DNA from: Lama glama
Taxonomy: Eukaryota
NCBI GenBank assembly: GCA_028534125.1
Contig: CM052816.1
Span: forward strand, 84,322,001-84,386,000
Direction of reading: 5' to 3'
DNA: 64,000 nt
The translations under genes and the position numbers were made by a program. The notes below the pieces were generated by a model. The model did not search any database and was not told where the DNA came from. It was given only the letters and a program-made list of their open reading frames with translations. This document shows, piece by piece, positions 28,224-42,600 of this stretch; within the stretch, counting starts at the first letter, position 1, and each line of letters begins with the position of its first letter.

Positions 28224-31200
28224 CTATAAGTATTCTTACAAAGGATGAAGACCATTCCTTAATAAACTGTTATTTTCCCAAGTCCTCATCCAATGCTTAG
28301 TAAATGAATGTTAAATAAGAAATTCGAGATCATTACTTTTATATTGTAACAACACATGTTTATGTAAATTCTTATTACTGATAGCCAGTGGTGGTAACTC
28401 CTATCATTTATTCTATTTCAATTTTATATCTGATTTTCCCAGTATAGTAAGTTACTGACATTAACATTATCAATATGTAAGTGAAGAGAAAGTTCCCAAA
28501 TAATTTTATTTCTATAAAGTTGCCTAGCATGTTGTATTATTAACTATTTAGAGAGTACATAGTAACTTTATAGCTGGTCTAAGGACAACTTAGTATGATT
28601 TATGGAGACCTCTAAGAAACTGACCTCTATTTTATTTTCACAGCCTTTAATTTGGGAAACTACTTGCATTCAGCTGTTAGACTAGGAAGATATTGTGATG
28701 GATGGATGTTTGTTTAGTCAGAAATGTGATGCATACTTAAGATTAGATGCCATGTTACTGCTGAAAACTTTAACACTGAGAAGATGCACTAAACAAGAAA
28801 AGTAAGTCTCTAACATATCCAGTTCTGCGGTATGGCTAGGACTTAGGAGAAATTTCTGTGCTTCCAAAAGAATTGACAGGCTTAGTTCCTCAGACATTAT
28901 CAACCACGATTGTCCGGATTAAGAAGATAATAGCTTAAATTTCCTTCCTTAACAGAATATGGAGCTGCTTAGTCTATTCTTTATTGTAATTAAGATAATT
29001 TTCTTCAATGGGATAAGTAAAATTATTTGATTAACCTTAACTTAATTGGTAGAGGACTTTTCATTAATAACACTTTTGAAGGACATTATTTACAACAATG
29101 ATTACGCAGTTAAGTATTAGTATATATGCTTAAAGCATTCAGAATATTCTGCATTAAATACCAAAAGCATTCAGGAGATTGAAATAGTAAAAACAATTTA
29201 AAAATACAGTGAATAGGCATTACTTTTAGAAACATTGCAAGAGAATGATTATTAGAAATAAAAAAAATTGATTTTACAGAAAACTAATGTGTTAGAATGA
29301 CAGTATGTAGTCTACAAAATTGTATTTGTGATATTTTCCTGAAATAGGAGAAAAATTGAATTTAAGTGCTGATAGGAACCACCAAAGAGGAATATCCTGA
29401 AGACAACAGTGATAAAATTCATCACTGATAGAAAAATGTCTCTAGGGAGCACAGAAATGAATGGAATACAGCTAACATACGGAGACTTACTTCTAGCCCC
29501 GAGAAGACATCTTTTCTATTGCAATTGTTGGCAAAAGCAAAGGGATGTGAGTCAGAGACGCCATTGTCAGTTAAGCTTCAGCACTATCAACTTTGCGTCT
29601 CTGATATGTGGACTGGAAACCTTAAATCAATTTTTCTCAGAGTTCTTGTCAATATAGATCCACCATCAGGAGGCATTTGCATGATACCTAGAAACTGGAA
29701 GCTATAATGCTTTCCAGCAGGATAGGAATTTCATGAGTAGAAAGAAGAAGAAATAAAAATTTTCCCTTAATTCTGAGAATGCTCTTGAAAATAACCCTTT
29801 TTAGTGCTCCTAGTGACTGAGATCATCGTTGAGGGCTTCCTTATTTTCTGAAACCCAGAGGCATTTTTCTGGGTCCTTCAATCTATTAGTTTTTCCATAG
29901 GTTTGCCAATACCTAACTCCCTCCATATCCAGTTGAAAGATCTAGAACAGTTTGTGTTCTCCTGACTCAGTCCTGATTGACAAAGAAAGAAAGCAGATGC
30001 AAACACATTTTACAGTTACAGTGACTGCAACTTGAAGGAGTTTCGATCTGAAATGTAGGAAACAAATTAAGTGATAAAAAGGGAGAGTTGAATATCCCCC
30101 TACAGAGAATAAGAGAAAGAGTAAACATTGCAAATATGGTGCAGCTCAGCAGCAGTAAAGACTAGGTGAACTTGGTAATGAATATGTAATGACCAAAATG
30201 TAGGGTTTTGTTTTTTTCAGTAGCAATTAATACCCTAGAATGAAAGCAGAATAAGGGGGGAAAAAAGGTTAAGAATGCCAACTGAGCAAAGAAGTTAAGA
30301 AGAATAGTTGAAATGACAAATGGTGGTCAGATGAAGTAGGCTGACCTAGGGACAAGTATCGTTACTATGAAAAAAATCAAATACATGTGTGGTAAGCATT
30401 TAGAATTATTTAAATGTTTTAGAGGCTTTAGATTTTTTCAGTGGTGGAATGTGTTTTAGGTAGGAAAAAAACTATGACGCTGCCATGCTTTTGCTGGCTG
30501 AAGTAAGTAATTTAATAAGGTAAAAGACCAGGAACCTCGATTAATTACTTGGGATAACTGTGATATTTGTGGAAGAGACAAATTGTTAAATGTCAACTCT
30601 TGGGAATGAGGCAGAGTGACTGGAGAATTAAAATGATAGGACAGATAGAGATGTATGATTTATACTTTCCTTCAGGTAGTTTATAGGTAAGATAACTTTG
30701 TAGGGTAGTGTGAGAAACTACTCCATGGACAACAGTGTTTGTGAAAGGGATATGTGTTTCAAGCCTTCAATGACTGATTCAGGAACATACTTCTGGAACA
30801 CAAATTACTTGTTCCTGAAATGTAAATGTGTTCCAGTAGAAGATGTTCCAATTTTTTTCTCAGTCCTTAACCTTTACTTCACTCTGTGGACCTGAAAAAT
30901 TTCTTAACTTCTTCATATAATTTACTTCCGAATACAGTCCAAGGAATAGGTACTTTATTATAAGTAAAGATTTTTAATTTGCTTTTTAATATATATTTTT
31001 CTATTTCTTATATTTTAGTAAAGACTATTTCTTTGGCAAACTGTTTTATGTATCTTCATTTGGTGGCAATATGGTCCATGTTATTATTCTAGCCTTTGAA
31101 ATTATTAACTGCAATTTGATGAACTGAAATTAAATGAGTAATAGTAAACTATATATGATGGATTGCTTTATAATCTTGACAGACGTCTGATCATAATGAT

Positions 31201-31599
31201 TATGTAAAATGTTAATGGCCTATTAATGACTGAAATATTATACATATGAGAATATACACAATCAGAATATAAATATGAATATATGAGCTTTCCTTTAAAT
31301 ATAACATCACTTTTTGGGGAAAATGGTTATCTTACTCAAAACAATCACATTACATTTCACCAAGATTATCCCCAAACATACAAAATGACATGGCTACTTC
31401 TTCCACTATACCTTATTACATTTATTCTTCTCACCTGTCTTGTGAAAATTTTTCACTATATTTCTATACATATAAATAGCAAGTTTTCCAAATACAGCCT
31501 CCAGAGCATAGAAAAACTTTTGCAACATAGTTATCCAAAAATATAGGCACATAAATTAGAGTTTTCTCTTTCATTTTTCTTATTCTCCTCTCCTACTCC

Positions 31600-31987
31600 T
31601 CACATAGCTCTCAAGGGACAGGTTGGAGTAAAACCAGCAGTGGAGTGTGACTCAGATCCACTATGCCATTCAGAGATTAAGCTTCCTTCTCTGCACCTAA
31701 AGACATTGTCCTAGTCTGCATGGTTGCAGCTAGGTTATATATCGCTGTATATGCATTCTGGCATGCAGAAAGGACAAAAAAGCAGAGGAGGAGGACAAGC
31801 AATTTCATTTTATGCAAATAATGTAGTAGAAAAATTATCTTTCACTTGCTTCCTACTGGCAAGTTCAAATTCTCATGGGTACTTCTCGTCCAGAAACACA
31901 GTTTATGGTAATACAGTCATGTACCCAGCAACATTTCTTGGGAGGAGGAAAGACAAGATTCGGGATCACTTGGCAATTTGCCGCCCA
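31600..31987 (-). mobile_element. Old MaLR LTR (MLT1K/L-like)
   Basis: Diverged similarity to antisense old MLT1 LTRs, ending acttggcaatttgccgccca. Confidence 0.4.
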
Positions 31988-32159
31988 GAATCCCGAGTGA
32001 GGAACATCTGTATTTCTCAGTCATACAGACCAGACATATTCCTCTCTATACTTTTCCTAGAAACCCCCATCACTCTTATTTTTCATTATTCTATATTTCA
32101 CCAACTTAGATACAATTGGAACTCAAGCAATGCTTATTAATATAAAAAAGAATATCTAG

Positions 32160-32320
32160 TTTCTGTTCTACTTATTATTCCTACCAGCTGCCTAACATTG
32201 GAGAATATATCTAAACAATTTCTTCTTCAAGTTCCACATGTGCAAAATCAAGTTAATAAAAAGTAATTCATAAAATTTTGGGATTTAATGAGATAAAATG
32301 GATAGAGCATCTAGATGGTT
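32160..32320 (+). mobile_element. MIR SINE relic
   Basis: taccagctg..., ttccacatgtgcaaaat, ggatttaatgagataaaatggatagagcatctag match the MIR core. Confidence 0.55.
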
Positions 32321-32789
32321 AATAAAACACTATAAATTTCCTAAATACCTTTAGTCACAATAGGAAAATAATTTTTATGTAATGAGAAATCTATCCCAGA
32401 AACTTAAAGGCATTTAAATTCCCACAAACACTATGGAGATGTAAGTACAGACTTTTCCTGAGTTTCAAGGCCAAATTTGCCTCATAAGGAGTCAAATAAG
32501 TTCCGGAGCATGCAATGATGTAGTACTTTGCCCTTGTATTCACCTATTCATTTTGCCATTTTTTGAGTGGATTTTTACTCAAGTTTATTCATGAAGTATC
32601 TGAAATATATCATCCCACTTTAGAGAAAAGGAATTAGAAATAGCATATGAATCATTATAAGTGTGTTTTCGCAAATAGAAAAAAACAAAAACCCAAAAAA
32701 CTAACACCATAAACATAATATCCATGCTCCGAGACTTGGAGAGACTAATGCTTAATTAAAATGCATAAATTACACATATGCCTTTTTAA

Positions 32790-33385
32790 ATTTTTTTCCT
32801 ATTTTTAATTAACCTACAGTAAAGTTGACTGTTTTGTGTACCATTATATAAAGTTGAGCACATGTGTATATTCACATAATCACCACAGTTCCGTCACTTT
32901 CAAAAAAGCTCCCTTATGCTATCTCTTTGCAGTCACAACTTACCTCAGTAACCAGCTCCTGCTGACTACTAATTTCTTCTCTAAAACCATAGTGTTTTTT
33001 TTCAAAAGATTATATTAATATAAACATGCAGTATATAACTTTTTGATGCTGTTTTTTTTTTCCACTCATTGTAATTTGATATTCATTCAAGTTGCTGCAT
33101 GTATCAAGTTTGCTTCTTTACAGTATTCCACTGTCCACTGGGTCTGGAACATTTGTTTATCCATTTCACGTGTGTGGGATCTTTGGGCTGTTTCTACTTT
33201 GGGGCTATTATGAATGCAGCTACAAAAAACCTTTGTGTATGTTTATACAAACTCTAAGATGCTTGAATTTGGAAAAGTTTTAACTATTATTTCTTCAAAC
33301 ATTTTTTTCTTACACAACATCCTTTCACCTCTCTTTCTGAAATTCCAGTGATGTGAATGTTACAAACATTATGGATGCTATCCCA
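32790..33385 (-). mobile_element. Old L1 fragments (L1MB/L1MC-type 3' end, followed by a short more 5' L1 piece)
   Basis: catttgtttatccatt, tttgggctgtttctactttggggctattatgaatgcagcta; then aatttggaaaagttttaactattatttcttcaaacattttt typical of antisense old L1. Confidence 0.75.
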
Positions 33386-33396
33386 TTGTCATCATC

Positions 33397-33738
33397 ATAT
33401 CAAGGTTCTACAGAGAAACAGAAACAACAGAAGAGCAAGAGAGATGTAAGGAATTGGTTCATGAAATTATGAGGACTAGCAAACCTGATATCTGAAGAGC
33501 TGGCTGGCATGCTGGAAATTCAGCTTAGAGTTGCTCTCGCAGTCTTGAGTCCCAAATCTGCAGGCAGGAAAATAAGGCCAAGTTTTTATGTTACAGTCCT
33601 GAGGCAAAATTGCTCTTCTTCAGCAAATACTAAGTCTTTGCTCTCAAAGCCTTCAGCTGATGGGATGAAGTCCACCTGCATTATGGAGGATAACTGGCTT
33701 CACTCCAAGTCGCCTAATTTAAATGTTAATTACATCTG
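33397..33738 (-). mobile_element. MLT2 (ERVL) LTR fragment
   Basis: ggttctacagagaaacagaa, taaggaattggttcatg, gccttcagctgatgggatgaagtccacc..cattatggaggataa, aaatgttaattacatct are antisense MLT2 motifs. Confidence 0.85.
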
Positions 33739-36014
33739 ACAAATGCAAAGTTTATACTGATACATATATATATCCTTATTATAAGTATTAGCCTGTAATT
33801 AGTATTATAAGAAGTAGAGCTACAAAGATGATACCATAGTAATTGCTTTACCCATTGATTTGGAAGTAGAGAACCCAAGGGGATAATATTCATCTGTTAG
33901 AGGTGGCAATCATTATCTACATGGGGCTGCGGAAAGAAGGAAAAAGCAACTAGAGTTTGAACATATAGTGTAGATGGTGATCCCTGGTGAGTCTATTTGT
34001 TTGTGTTGGTGTGTGCACATGTGAGCATTTAGCATAAGAAATGTGTCTAATTCTTGTTTTTAAAATGGAACCTTTATTTATTTATTTTTTTTTTTGCTAG
34101 GCCTGGGTTATTTCTTTTTTCAAAAAGTTTCTCATGTTTTTCTTATTTTCTAACAATTTAACCTTTTATTGTATTTGCTCTCTAATGGGGTACACAGAAA
34201 TTTACACATTTTTCTAATTAAATGAAAATTAAAAAGGGGGAATTGCATTATGACTACCATTTGTTTGTGCCAGTTCCACTGTCACACTTACAATTTTAAG
34301 ATCTGTATGCCTTTTCTGTTTGGGAAATAACTTGCCACTCTATGAAATTTAAATCATTTTCTGCCATATTTTTGTGTGACAAGTCAGTGAACACTTCATA
34401 TTAAATATCAGTGTCTTTCCTTTCTACAAAGGAGTGAAGTAAAGGCTATTCATTCTCCTATTTATTGTCATCTTTCCCCTGTAGTATATAGCTGGGTAAC
34501 TGGAAAGATGTTCACCCACACCAAACTCATTTCACATGTACTTTCCTTCGTCACTGATTAGCATTTCTGTCTCTTCTCCAAAGTGTGAAATTAGGTCTCC
34601 TTACTTTGACATAGCTTGTTAAAAGGGAGAGGAACGCTACATTCATGTGGGTTTTTGTGGTATGATGATCTCCAAGTATTCCGTGAGCAATCATTTACAG
34701 GGTCAGGCACCATGGGTCAAGTCAGACACAACGGTGTGGAAGAAATGCACTAGGACAATCTGAAGTAAAAGGACTTTTTTCAAAATATGTTAATTTCTTG
34801 ATTTTATAAGTCACTGAGGGCTATGACTAAGGCAGGGACTACATCAAAATTCAGTTCTACATTGCACATTTAATGAAAATGAAAGGTCACAATGTAAAAT
34901 ATGGTTTTAAAACAGGCTGAGTTTTAGAAGTGGATGCTTAAAATATGTAAGCTTCCATTATAAGTTGATTTTTAAAATAACCAGTCATGGTAGGCATTTA
35001 ACTTAAAACAAATGTATAATACTCAATTTCAAAGTGGATTGCAGGGCAAAGGACTAGATGAGGAGTTTTTACAAAGTACCTGCATTTCTTTATATAAAAT
35101 GTTACTTTCACCGCCTGGAAATTAGTGGTTTTAGCCCACTGGAAAATCAAGCATCTTTAGTGTCTTTCAACAAACTGTACTATATATATTTAAAGTATAA
35201 AGTCAGTTTTCATTTTTATTGAAAATTAGGTTTGCACAATAACTTTGGTTCAGATACATACTAAAAAATATTTCAGCATATCTTGCTTTGTCTGTGGAGT
35301 ATGCGTATTTATTGGGAAGGGAGAGGTGTAGGTTGAAATCTAGGGGGGAAGAGGTGAATATATAATTTATTTTATTCATAATAGAGACCAAAATCTAAGA
35401 ACCTTGAACTTGTAAATTATTACTACTATTTCAAAGACAATATAAACACAATAGGTAAAGTAAATGCTATTTTATGAAGCACAGTATATTATTTTAAAAT
35501 TGTGAAATATAATTATATCTATGGCATTTCATAGGTACAATATGTAATAAAATAGCATAAATGAAAGCCATCAATTTTCAGTAAATATCTGTATCTATAG
35601 AAATAGGTAGGTGAATATAAATATCTATATTTGGAGTATAAACTCATGAAGACAGAAATTTTATTTTTTTCTCATTCTTCCTTTGCTATAAACATATCAA
35701 CAACAGTAGTTCATATGTTTCAAACATTCAGTCAGTATTTTTTGAGCAATTATTATTTCCTTATAACTCTATTTTTTTCTTTTTATTTCTCTGCAATATT
35801 CTGATTGTATCACTTAGAGCATAACTGGCAAAGATATAGGTAACTTTTGGTAACATAAACTCCTTAATTCGGCAATAATGCCAAAAATATTTTTAGTTCT
35901 TTATCAAAAATCAAAATAAAAGTTGGGTACTTAAAAATAAATTCCTCTCTTAGTATTGGGAACATGAGTCTGTCATGAATGAAAAACACCAAATGTTATT
36001 AAATGTTGAAAAGA

Positions 36015-36290
36015 GTTCATTATTCATTCATTCATTCACTTATTTAAGAAACCTATACTGGATACCTACTGTGGTTCAAAAAAAAAAACAGGAAATACAC
36101 TACCTCATCAAGGGATTTACAGCTTCATGGATGATACACACATGAATACATAACTGGCTGGAAATGTTAATTGTTACCGATGTGCAAAGATACACAAAAG
36201 AACCAAGAATTTGGATATTAGTGGAGAAGAGGAATCAGAGAAAGAGGTGAAGCTTGACCCAAGATTTAAAAAATAAACAGGAATTAATAA
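36015..36290 (-). mobile_element. L2 3' end relic
   Basis: (TTCA)n tail followed by tacctactgtg, cctcatcaagggatttacagc and gaggtgaagcttgac, typical of antisense L2 3' ends. Confidence 0.55.
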
Positions 36291-36993
36291 TATTATTCCA
36301 GCTACCTCAAAATATAAAGATCATAAAGAAAAGTGATATTTTAAAATCTGAATGCATACACACATATGCATACCCTGTACTTCTTATTAATAAGGAATAT
36401 TTAAGTCACTAATCAATCCTAAAAATTATTTTAAGCAATCAACACATTTACATACAGTTGTTAATAATTTTCCCCAGCCACAAATCATCATCTTAGGTGA
36501 TTTTCATGTTTTTTATGGAAAAACAAGCAAGCAAACAACAAAACAAACTTGCCCTACATTGTTTTGAGCACTTAACAGAAGATAATTCTTCACATCTGCT
36601 GCACTCAGGCATCCATGCTGTTGATTGTCATAAACCCAAAATTCTCAACCTATTAATTCATAGCTCGAATATTTAAAATGTGTTTATAATCACCTACTAA
36701 TTCTCAAATACATTTTATCACTATAGCTGTTATTATGTTTACTAGTCACTTTTAATTCCTTAATGCCTTTATTGTCTCTCTCTTACCTTCATTTATTTCC
36801 TTATCCTGCTTGGATTACATAATGCAAAATATTAATCGCTTTTTTGATATTGTCAATCTAACTTGCTATATTTTGAAAATAGATGCAGCGTCAGGAGAGA
36901 ATGAAGACAGAGCAAGTAAAGAAGGAAAAAATCAAGAAGGAAAATCAACAGAGCAAGTTAAGAAAATGGAATCCCATGATTTCACAGAACAAA

Positions 36994-37133
36994 TGTCATG
37001 GGCTAAATATTAGTATCTTCCTCCCAAATTCATATGTTGAAGTTCTAACTTCCAATGTAACTGTGTATGGAGATGGGGACAATAAGGAAGTAAATAAGAT
37101 AAAATAAAGAAATAAGGGTGCGGTCTGATCTAA
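36994..37133 (+). mobile_element. MLT1A-type MaLR LTR, 5' fragment
   Basis: tgtcatgggctaaat...cccaaattcatatgttgaagttctaac..caatgtaactgtgtatggagatgggg matches the MLT1A 5' end. Confidence 0.8.
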
Positions 37134-37689
37134 ACCTTTAGCCAGTTACATCAGAAAAATGGAGAGGGTTGTAGAAAAATTTTTCTTGAAGAATATATCC
37201 CAGACGGAAAACAAAAAGAAAAAGAATTAACTCAATAGAATTCTACATTTCAGACAAATTTCCTTGTTAAGTTTGAAAAGGCCTAAGGCTAAGTATACAT
37301 CATCATACTTCCTAAGCACACATCCCTGGATTTTCCTTTTGAATAGCTATTTGATAATTAACCATCTAGGAGTCAAATCGACCATCATCTACATTTAAAG
37401 TGACTTTCAGCCTCTGAGAAATCTAGAGAAACTAGATTTTCTCATTATCCACAGATATGTTAATTATGAAGCTATACTGATTAATTTCAGACATGTACAT
37501 TGAACAAACCAGATGTCTGCTTATTAATGAAATGTATATTTTCTTTTCAGCTACTGGAATACAAATGAATTTATCAAGAGCATTTCTCATGGAATAAAGT
37601 ATTTGAGAAATCATGTTGCTTATCAAGGGTTTCCTTGGTGTAGCAGACATTTATTTCTATTCTATTTCCCATACACAACAGTTGTCCTC

Positions 37690-38150
37690 TTTTTCCTCAG
37701 CTAAAAAAATATTCTCTAGGTGTCCTTTTGGAGAACTCCCATATTTTATGTAGTCTCAAAAGAATGATAATCCCTGATGCCTATTTCTTTCTACTGCCTC
37801 CCATGAAAAGTAAGAAGGGCCCATATTCTCCCTCTGCTACTTGGTATGGCAGACACTGAAGATGTCTACAGTGGATAAGATGGGTTACAGAGATCCTCTA
37901 TCCCTGATCACCAAACTGTAAGTGATTAATGTAGTGACTGATCTAATGGTGGAGCATTAAACCCATGGAATGTCAGTATTGGCACAGGAAGCAGTGTTCC
38001 TGTGATCTCAGTTTGGCTTGTCCTGCTTAATTTGCAGACCCCCATGAAATTGCCTGTTTTCTAACTGTTCCGTCCATCTGTCAGTCTTGTTAGCCCACCA
38101 TCAGTGAATCCACTGGACTTTGTAGTGTTATGTTTTTGCTTAAAATACTT
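37690..38150 (+). mobile_element. Possible old ERVL LTR (LTR33/LTR16-like)
   Basis: GC-richer block ending tttttgcttaaa; weak recalled similarity only. Confidence 0.3.
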
Positions 38151-40100
38151 AACATCACCTTAATACACTATATGATTATAAAATCAGGATATGAGAAAGA
38201 AAAAAAAAACAAATTTCTTATGGTTCCCAAATTAGTATATTTTTCAGCTGGACAGCAAGACACAACTTCTGAAATCTTTTGCTTCTTTGAATGCCATTTC
38301 CATATTCGGCGAACATTTCTTTTGGTATATTTTTAAATCTGTTTCTTAGGCTGTTCCTACAGTCAACTTCTCATTTTGTTGCTATAGTAAAGTTCACCCT
38401 GATATTCATGATGCTGTTCACATGGGCACAGAGGCAAGCTACCTCTTTCCATAATGTGTTCACTTAATTCACACTTGAGGAGCTGGACATATTATCCTTT
38501 GATGTTTCCATAGTCATTAAGACAAATAACCTTCCCAGATAATTTAAACATATACTTATTAACCTTATTCTTTAAACTTATAATCAGAAAAAAGTATACA
38601 TACATACATATACACTTTACTATATATCTATTATATTTCTTTATATTATATCATACATAATATAAGAAATTCCAACGTTGAAAACTCTTTAAAAAACCAT
38701 TCAAGTACAGGACACAGGTCTATAGCAAATACTATTTTTGTAAGTGTCTTATAAACAAGAGAACTTCCCCCGTCTGTAAAGTTGCTGGTGAATTTTGCAT
38801 CAAGTATTCTTGTCCCTTAATGTACACAAAAATTTCCTGGGTATTGCTGACATACATATGAAAGGTATTGGAGTGAAATATCTTCAAGACATGGATATAG
38901 AGTAGTTATTAAACATGATATCAAAATACTAGCATAAAATATTTATACTAATTTTATACACCAAAATTAATACTTCTATTCTTCCAAAATAATAATTTGG
39001 GGTGAAATGTGAACTTCTTAAGCTGATGATCACTATTCTCAGATACTTCCTGCTTCCCTATTATAATTAGAGAAGATATCCATTCAGGGCTGGTCTGCTC
39101 TTTGATGTCTGAGTCTGAAAAACTCAAGTCAGGTATGGTCTCTGTGCCTCAGCAAACAGTTCAGAAATTCAGTAGTCAGAGGTTTGAAGTGTTTGTTCAG
39201 ATCTATGTCCCTAAATGGAATTCTCTAATTCAGCTTTGCCTGCAAAGCTCTGAATTAGAGTGTGAGTGTGGGGAGGGGGTGTTCTAAGAAGTGGGGAAAC
39301 CCACAGGAAGGGCGGTCAGTCATCTGCATCATTTATTGTTCTTGGTTGTTTTCTTGGAGGCGAAGAGAGGAAAGAGAGAAGAATGGGAATGAAAATCCTG
39401 CCTGCTTTCCTTTCTAACACATCCCATATGGTTGTAAACCACCACCATTACCTCCCTTTCCTTCTCTCTCTTCCAACCCTTCACCAAATGGAGCTGATTT
39501 ACAGCACTTCTGAGTCTTGGCACATTAAAAAGAGCAGAAATCCCTAATGAGCTTTTAGGAGGCCATCCTTCTAAGAGTGCAGTTTCTCCTTCTGTATTTC
39601 TCTGCTCAAATTTTCCTGCCCCGTTTCCCCTACTCTTTATTATTTTTTTAAATCTCCAATATGAGTCACTTATCTTTTTCATAAACTCAGTAATTAATGT
39701 TGCTTTTGTTCCAGTATATTAGCTCAGAAATTCTTTCAAAACTATCCCTTCAAAAATTAAGATAAATCCTGGCTTGACAGAATTTATCATAATTTTACTG
39801 TCAAGAATTTTATTCTCAGGAAAGTAAAAACAAGGTAAACAGCTCTCCTTAAAGAATATTTCCTGGAAAAAAACTTGTATTAAAGTATGACGTATTTCAA
39901 TATATTCATTTATTTTAATTTAGTTTTAAATATACATTCTTTTCTAATAATAAAGTAACACGTGTTCAATAAGAACACAAAAAACGAAAGGGGAAATTTG
40001 TAAACTTAAAAAAATACATCTGAAATCACTGAAGTAATCATACGTTGTAGAATATAAAATACTACATCTTTTTCTTTCAAGGAACATATATTACAGGGTC

Positions 40101-40500
40101 TATTATATTAAATTGTGCCTCCCAAGTTCCTGTGTTGAAGTCCTAACCGCCAGCACCTTAGAATATGACCCTATTTGGAAATAGGGCTATTACAGACATA
40201 ATTAATTAAGACGAGGTCATACTAGAGTATGAAGGACCCCTCATCCATTATGAGTGCTGTTCTTCCAAAAAAAAGTAATGTGAAGAGGAGAAGAGATGCA
40301 GCCAGGCAGAATGTCATATCAACATGGAGGCAGAAATCAGGGTGATCAATGTCAAAGGCTGCCAGTAAACCACCAGAATCTAGGAGAAAGTCATGGAACA
40401 GATTCTCCTACACGAATGTCAGAAAGAACCAACCATGCTGACACCTTGATGTCAGACTTCTAGCTCCCAAAGCTGTGAGATAAAACATTTCTGTTGTTTT
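40101..40500 (+). mobile_element. MLT1B/C-type MaLR LTR (last ~40 nt missing)
   Basis: tgttgaagtcctaacc, tatttggaaatagg, aagacgaggtcatactagagta, ggaacagattctcc, gctgacaccttgat..cagacttctagc, tgtgagataaaacatttctgttgttt. Confidence 0.9.
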
Positions 40501-41619
40501 CTGACTTTTAAGATGGTTACCATATTTGGGTTTTTTTATATATAAAATAGTCTCATGGTATAAAACTTTTTGTTATATTATCTGTCAAGTGGTGACTTCA
40601 TCACAATTTATACATGAGACAAGCGCCTCAGGGCATGTGAGTGAAATGTTAATCTGTTTATAAATAATAGATTTAAAGACAACTTAGAAATATATTTACT
40701 TACATATCCCAAATATTAGAGCAATACATGCACATTAAAAAGTAAATGAAGCGTTTAAAAAGCAAATGGAGTAATAAATATCACCAAAAATTCTATCATC
40801 CAATCACAATTACATACTATTTATAATTCAGCTTCATCAATAACATAGTGACTTATCCAAACATATCCTATACATAAACTTTCAACAGTTTATTTGTATA
40901 TCACAGAGCATATATACTTTCCAAAGCTCATTATGTTCCACGTTAAAATTGCTTTAGAAAGGCAGTACCTGTATGAACTCTCAGTCCTAATATGAGTGTC
41001 TACCTTTAACAACTTTCCTTGGATGATGGTAATGTTCAGTTTAGATGTCTCCAATATTGTCGAATACATATAATATTTAATTATCATTAAAACTATTGGA
41101 GTGTTTTCCACAATGTTTTAATTGTGAAGTTATCTAATGAGATGCTATTTATTCTTGTTATTAGATGTTTAGGGTTCATCATATATTAAATATGAGCCTT
41201 CCCATGGCTTAATTTCATTATTATTTTCATAATATTTTAAAAGATAACAACTAAGAATATCACAAAATTATATCTTGGTGTCTATCAATACAATTTTCTT
41301 TGAGTTATCAATTTGATTCAATGCACACCATAAATTCAATAATATTAAACAGTCTGGAAGTAAACCTAAATACCTTTAGCACCTACTCATGAGATGTACA
41401 TAATACTTTGGACACTATTTTTTTTAATCTCCAACACAAAGGAAGGTGTAAGGTGTATCAGTGACTTGTGAATTACAGTATTAAGTATTACAACAACTCT
41501 TAGGCAGAGTTTACCTTCTCTTTCATTGATCATCAGAATTTTTTGCCTAGATATTTTAGGATCCTTTTTTTTTAAACAACATGATGTTACATTATTATAG
41601 TGTTTACACCTTTTGCTCC

Positions 41620-42600
41620 TGGTGAAAGTATTTCCTCAGATACATGTAGTACTTGTGCAACCAGTGTAGTTAGTACTGGATGTGTTGTTTGCTTGTCTGT
41701 TGTATGGTTGCCTAATATGTTGATGATGTGATATAATTTATAGAGCCATATCTTGACTGATGGGCATTTTTTATATTCTATATTTTCATTTTTCCTCTGC
41801 CACAAAACATGTCGTGTGTCTGTGCATCAATATCTATGTGTACGATTGTTTCCTCCATCTTTGCTCTATAATAGATCCCTAGAAGTGTAACTGTTGGACC
41901 AAAGGTATTTATATCTTTAGTATTGCTTTTCAAGAAGCTATTATAACTAACATTCATACCAACATGTAACAGCACTTGTTTTTTTTACATACTGGATGAA
42001 AGATATTTTTTTCTCTTTTAAAATTATAAATATGATAATGGCAGAGTCCAGAAAGTGGCCAAATCTAACTAACCACATATTTTTGTAAGTAAACATGAAC
42101 ACACCCATTCACTTACTATTATCTATGGCTGTTTTTGTGCTATGATGACCAAGTCAAATACATGTAAGAGAGGTCATGTGGCTCACAAAGCCCAAAATAT
42201 TTTTTGTTTGTCCCTTTGCAAAAAATGTCTACATATTTTTAAGAATAGGTGGTACACAATTATTTAATGGATTACTCTAATTGAGTACTGTATGTCTTCA
42301 GTAACTTTATATATAAATGCATATTTGGCTATTTTGATTGGGTCTTTGTTAATTCCTTACCTAAATACTTTGTCAGTATTTATTTATATAATGTCATGGT
42401 TTTCTTTGTGTGAGTAGTTAAATTGTAAGAGTTTATTGATAATTTGGATTGTAAATATTTTCTTAGTATCTTGTTTTCTACTGAATGTGTTTTTGAAATC
42501 TGTAAGTTTTAGTCTTTGTAAGTTGTCCATTCTTTCTATATAGCTGCTGTTTCCTGCTTGATTAAAATATCTCACCAAATCTAAACAAAGAGATAATAAC
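41620..42600 (-). mobile_element. Ancient L1 (L1ME-like) fragment, interrupted by MER58A
   Basis: tgatgggcattt, cctagaagtgtaactgttgga, cattcataccaaca, ttgtaaatattttctt resemble the antisense ORF2 C-terminal region. Confidence 0.6.
42042..42240 (+). mobile_element. MER58A-like hAT-Charlie MITE
   Basis: ggccaaatct, tttttgtaagtaaa, cccattcacttac.tattatctatggctg, tggctcacaaagcccaaaatattt, ccctttgcaaaaaa collinear with MER58A. Confidence 0.8.

Noticed and set aside
29480..29700. Minus-strand donor (acttac at about 29484) as a coding exon end
   Set aside because: No strong acceptor, and all three frames of the candidate exon contain stops.
31724..32140. 138-aa ORF
   Set aside because: Non-ATG start, overlaps a probable LTR relic, no protein-like features.
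39102..39682. Cluster of ORFs on both strands in a GC-richer block
   Set aside because: No recognisable domains; low-complexity purine/pyrimidine tracts lengthen the ORFs.
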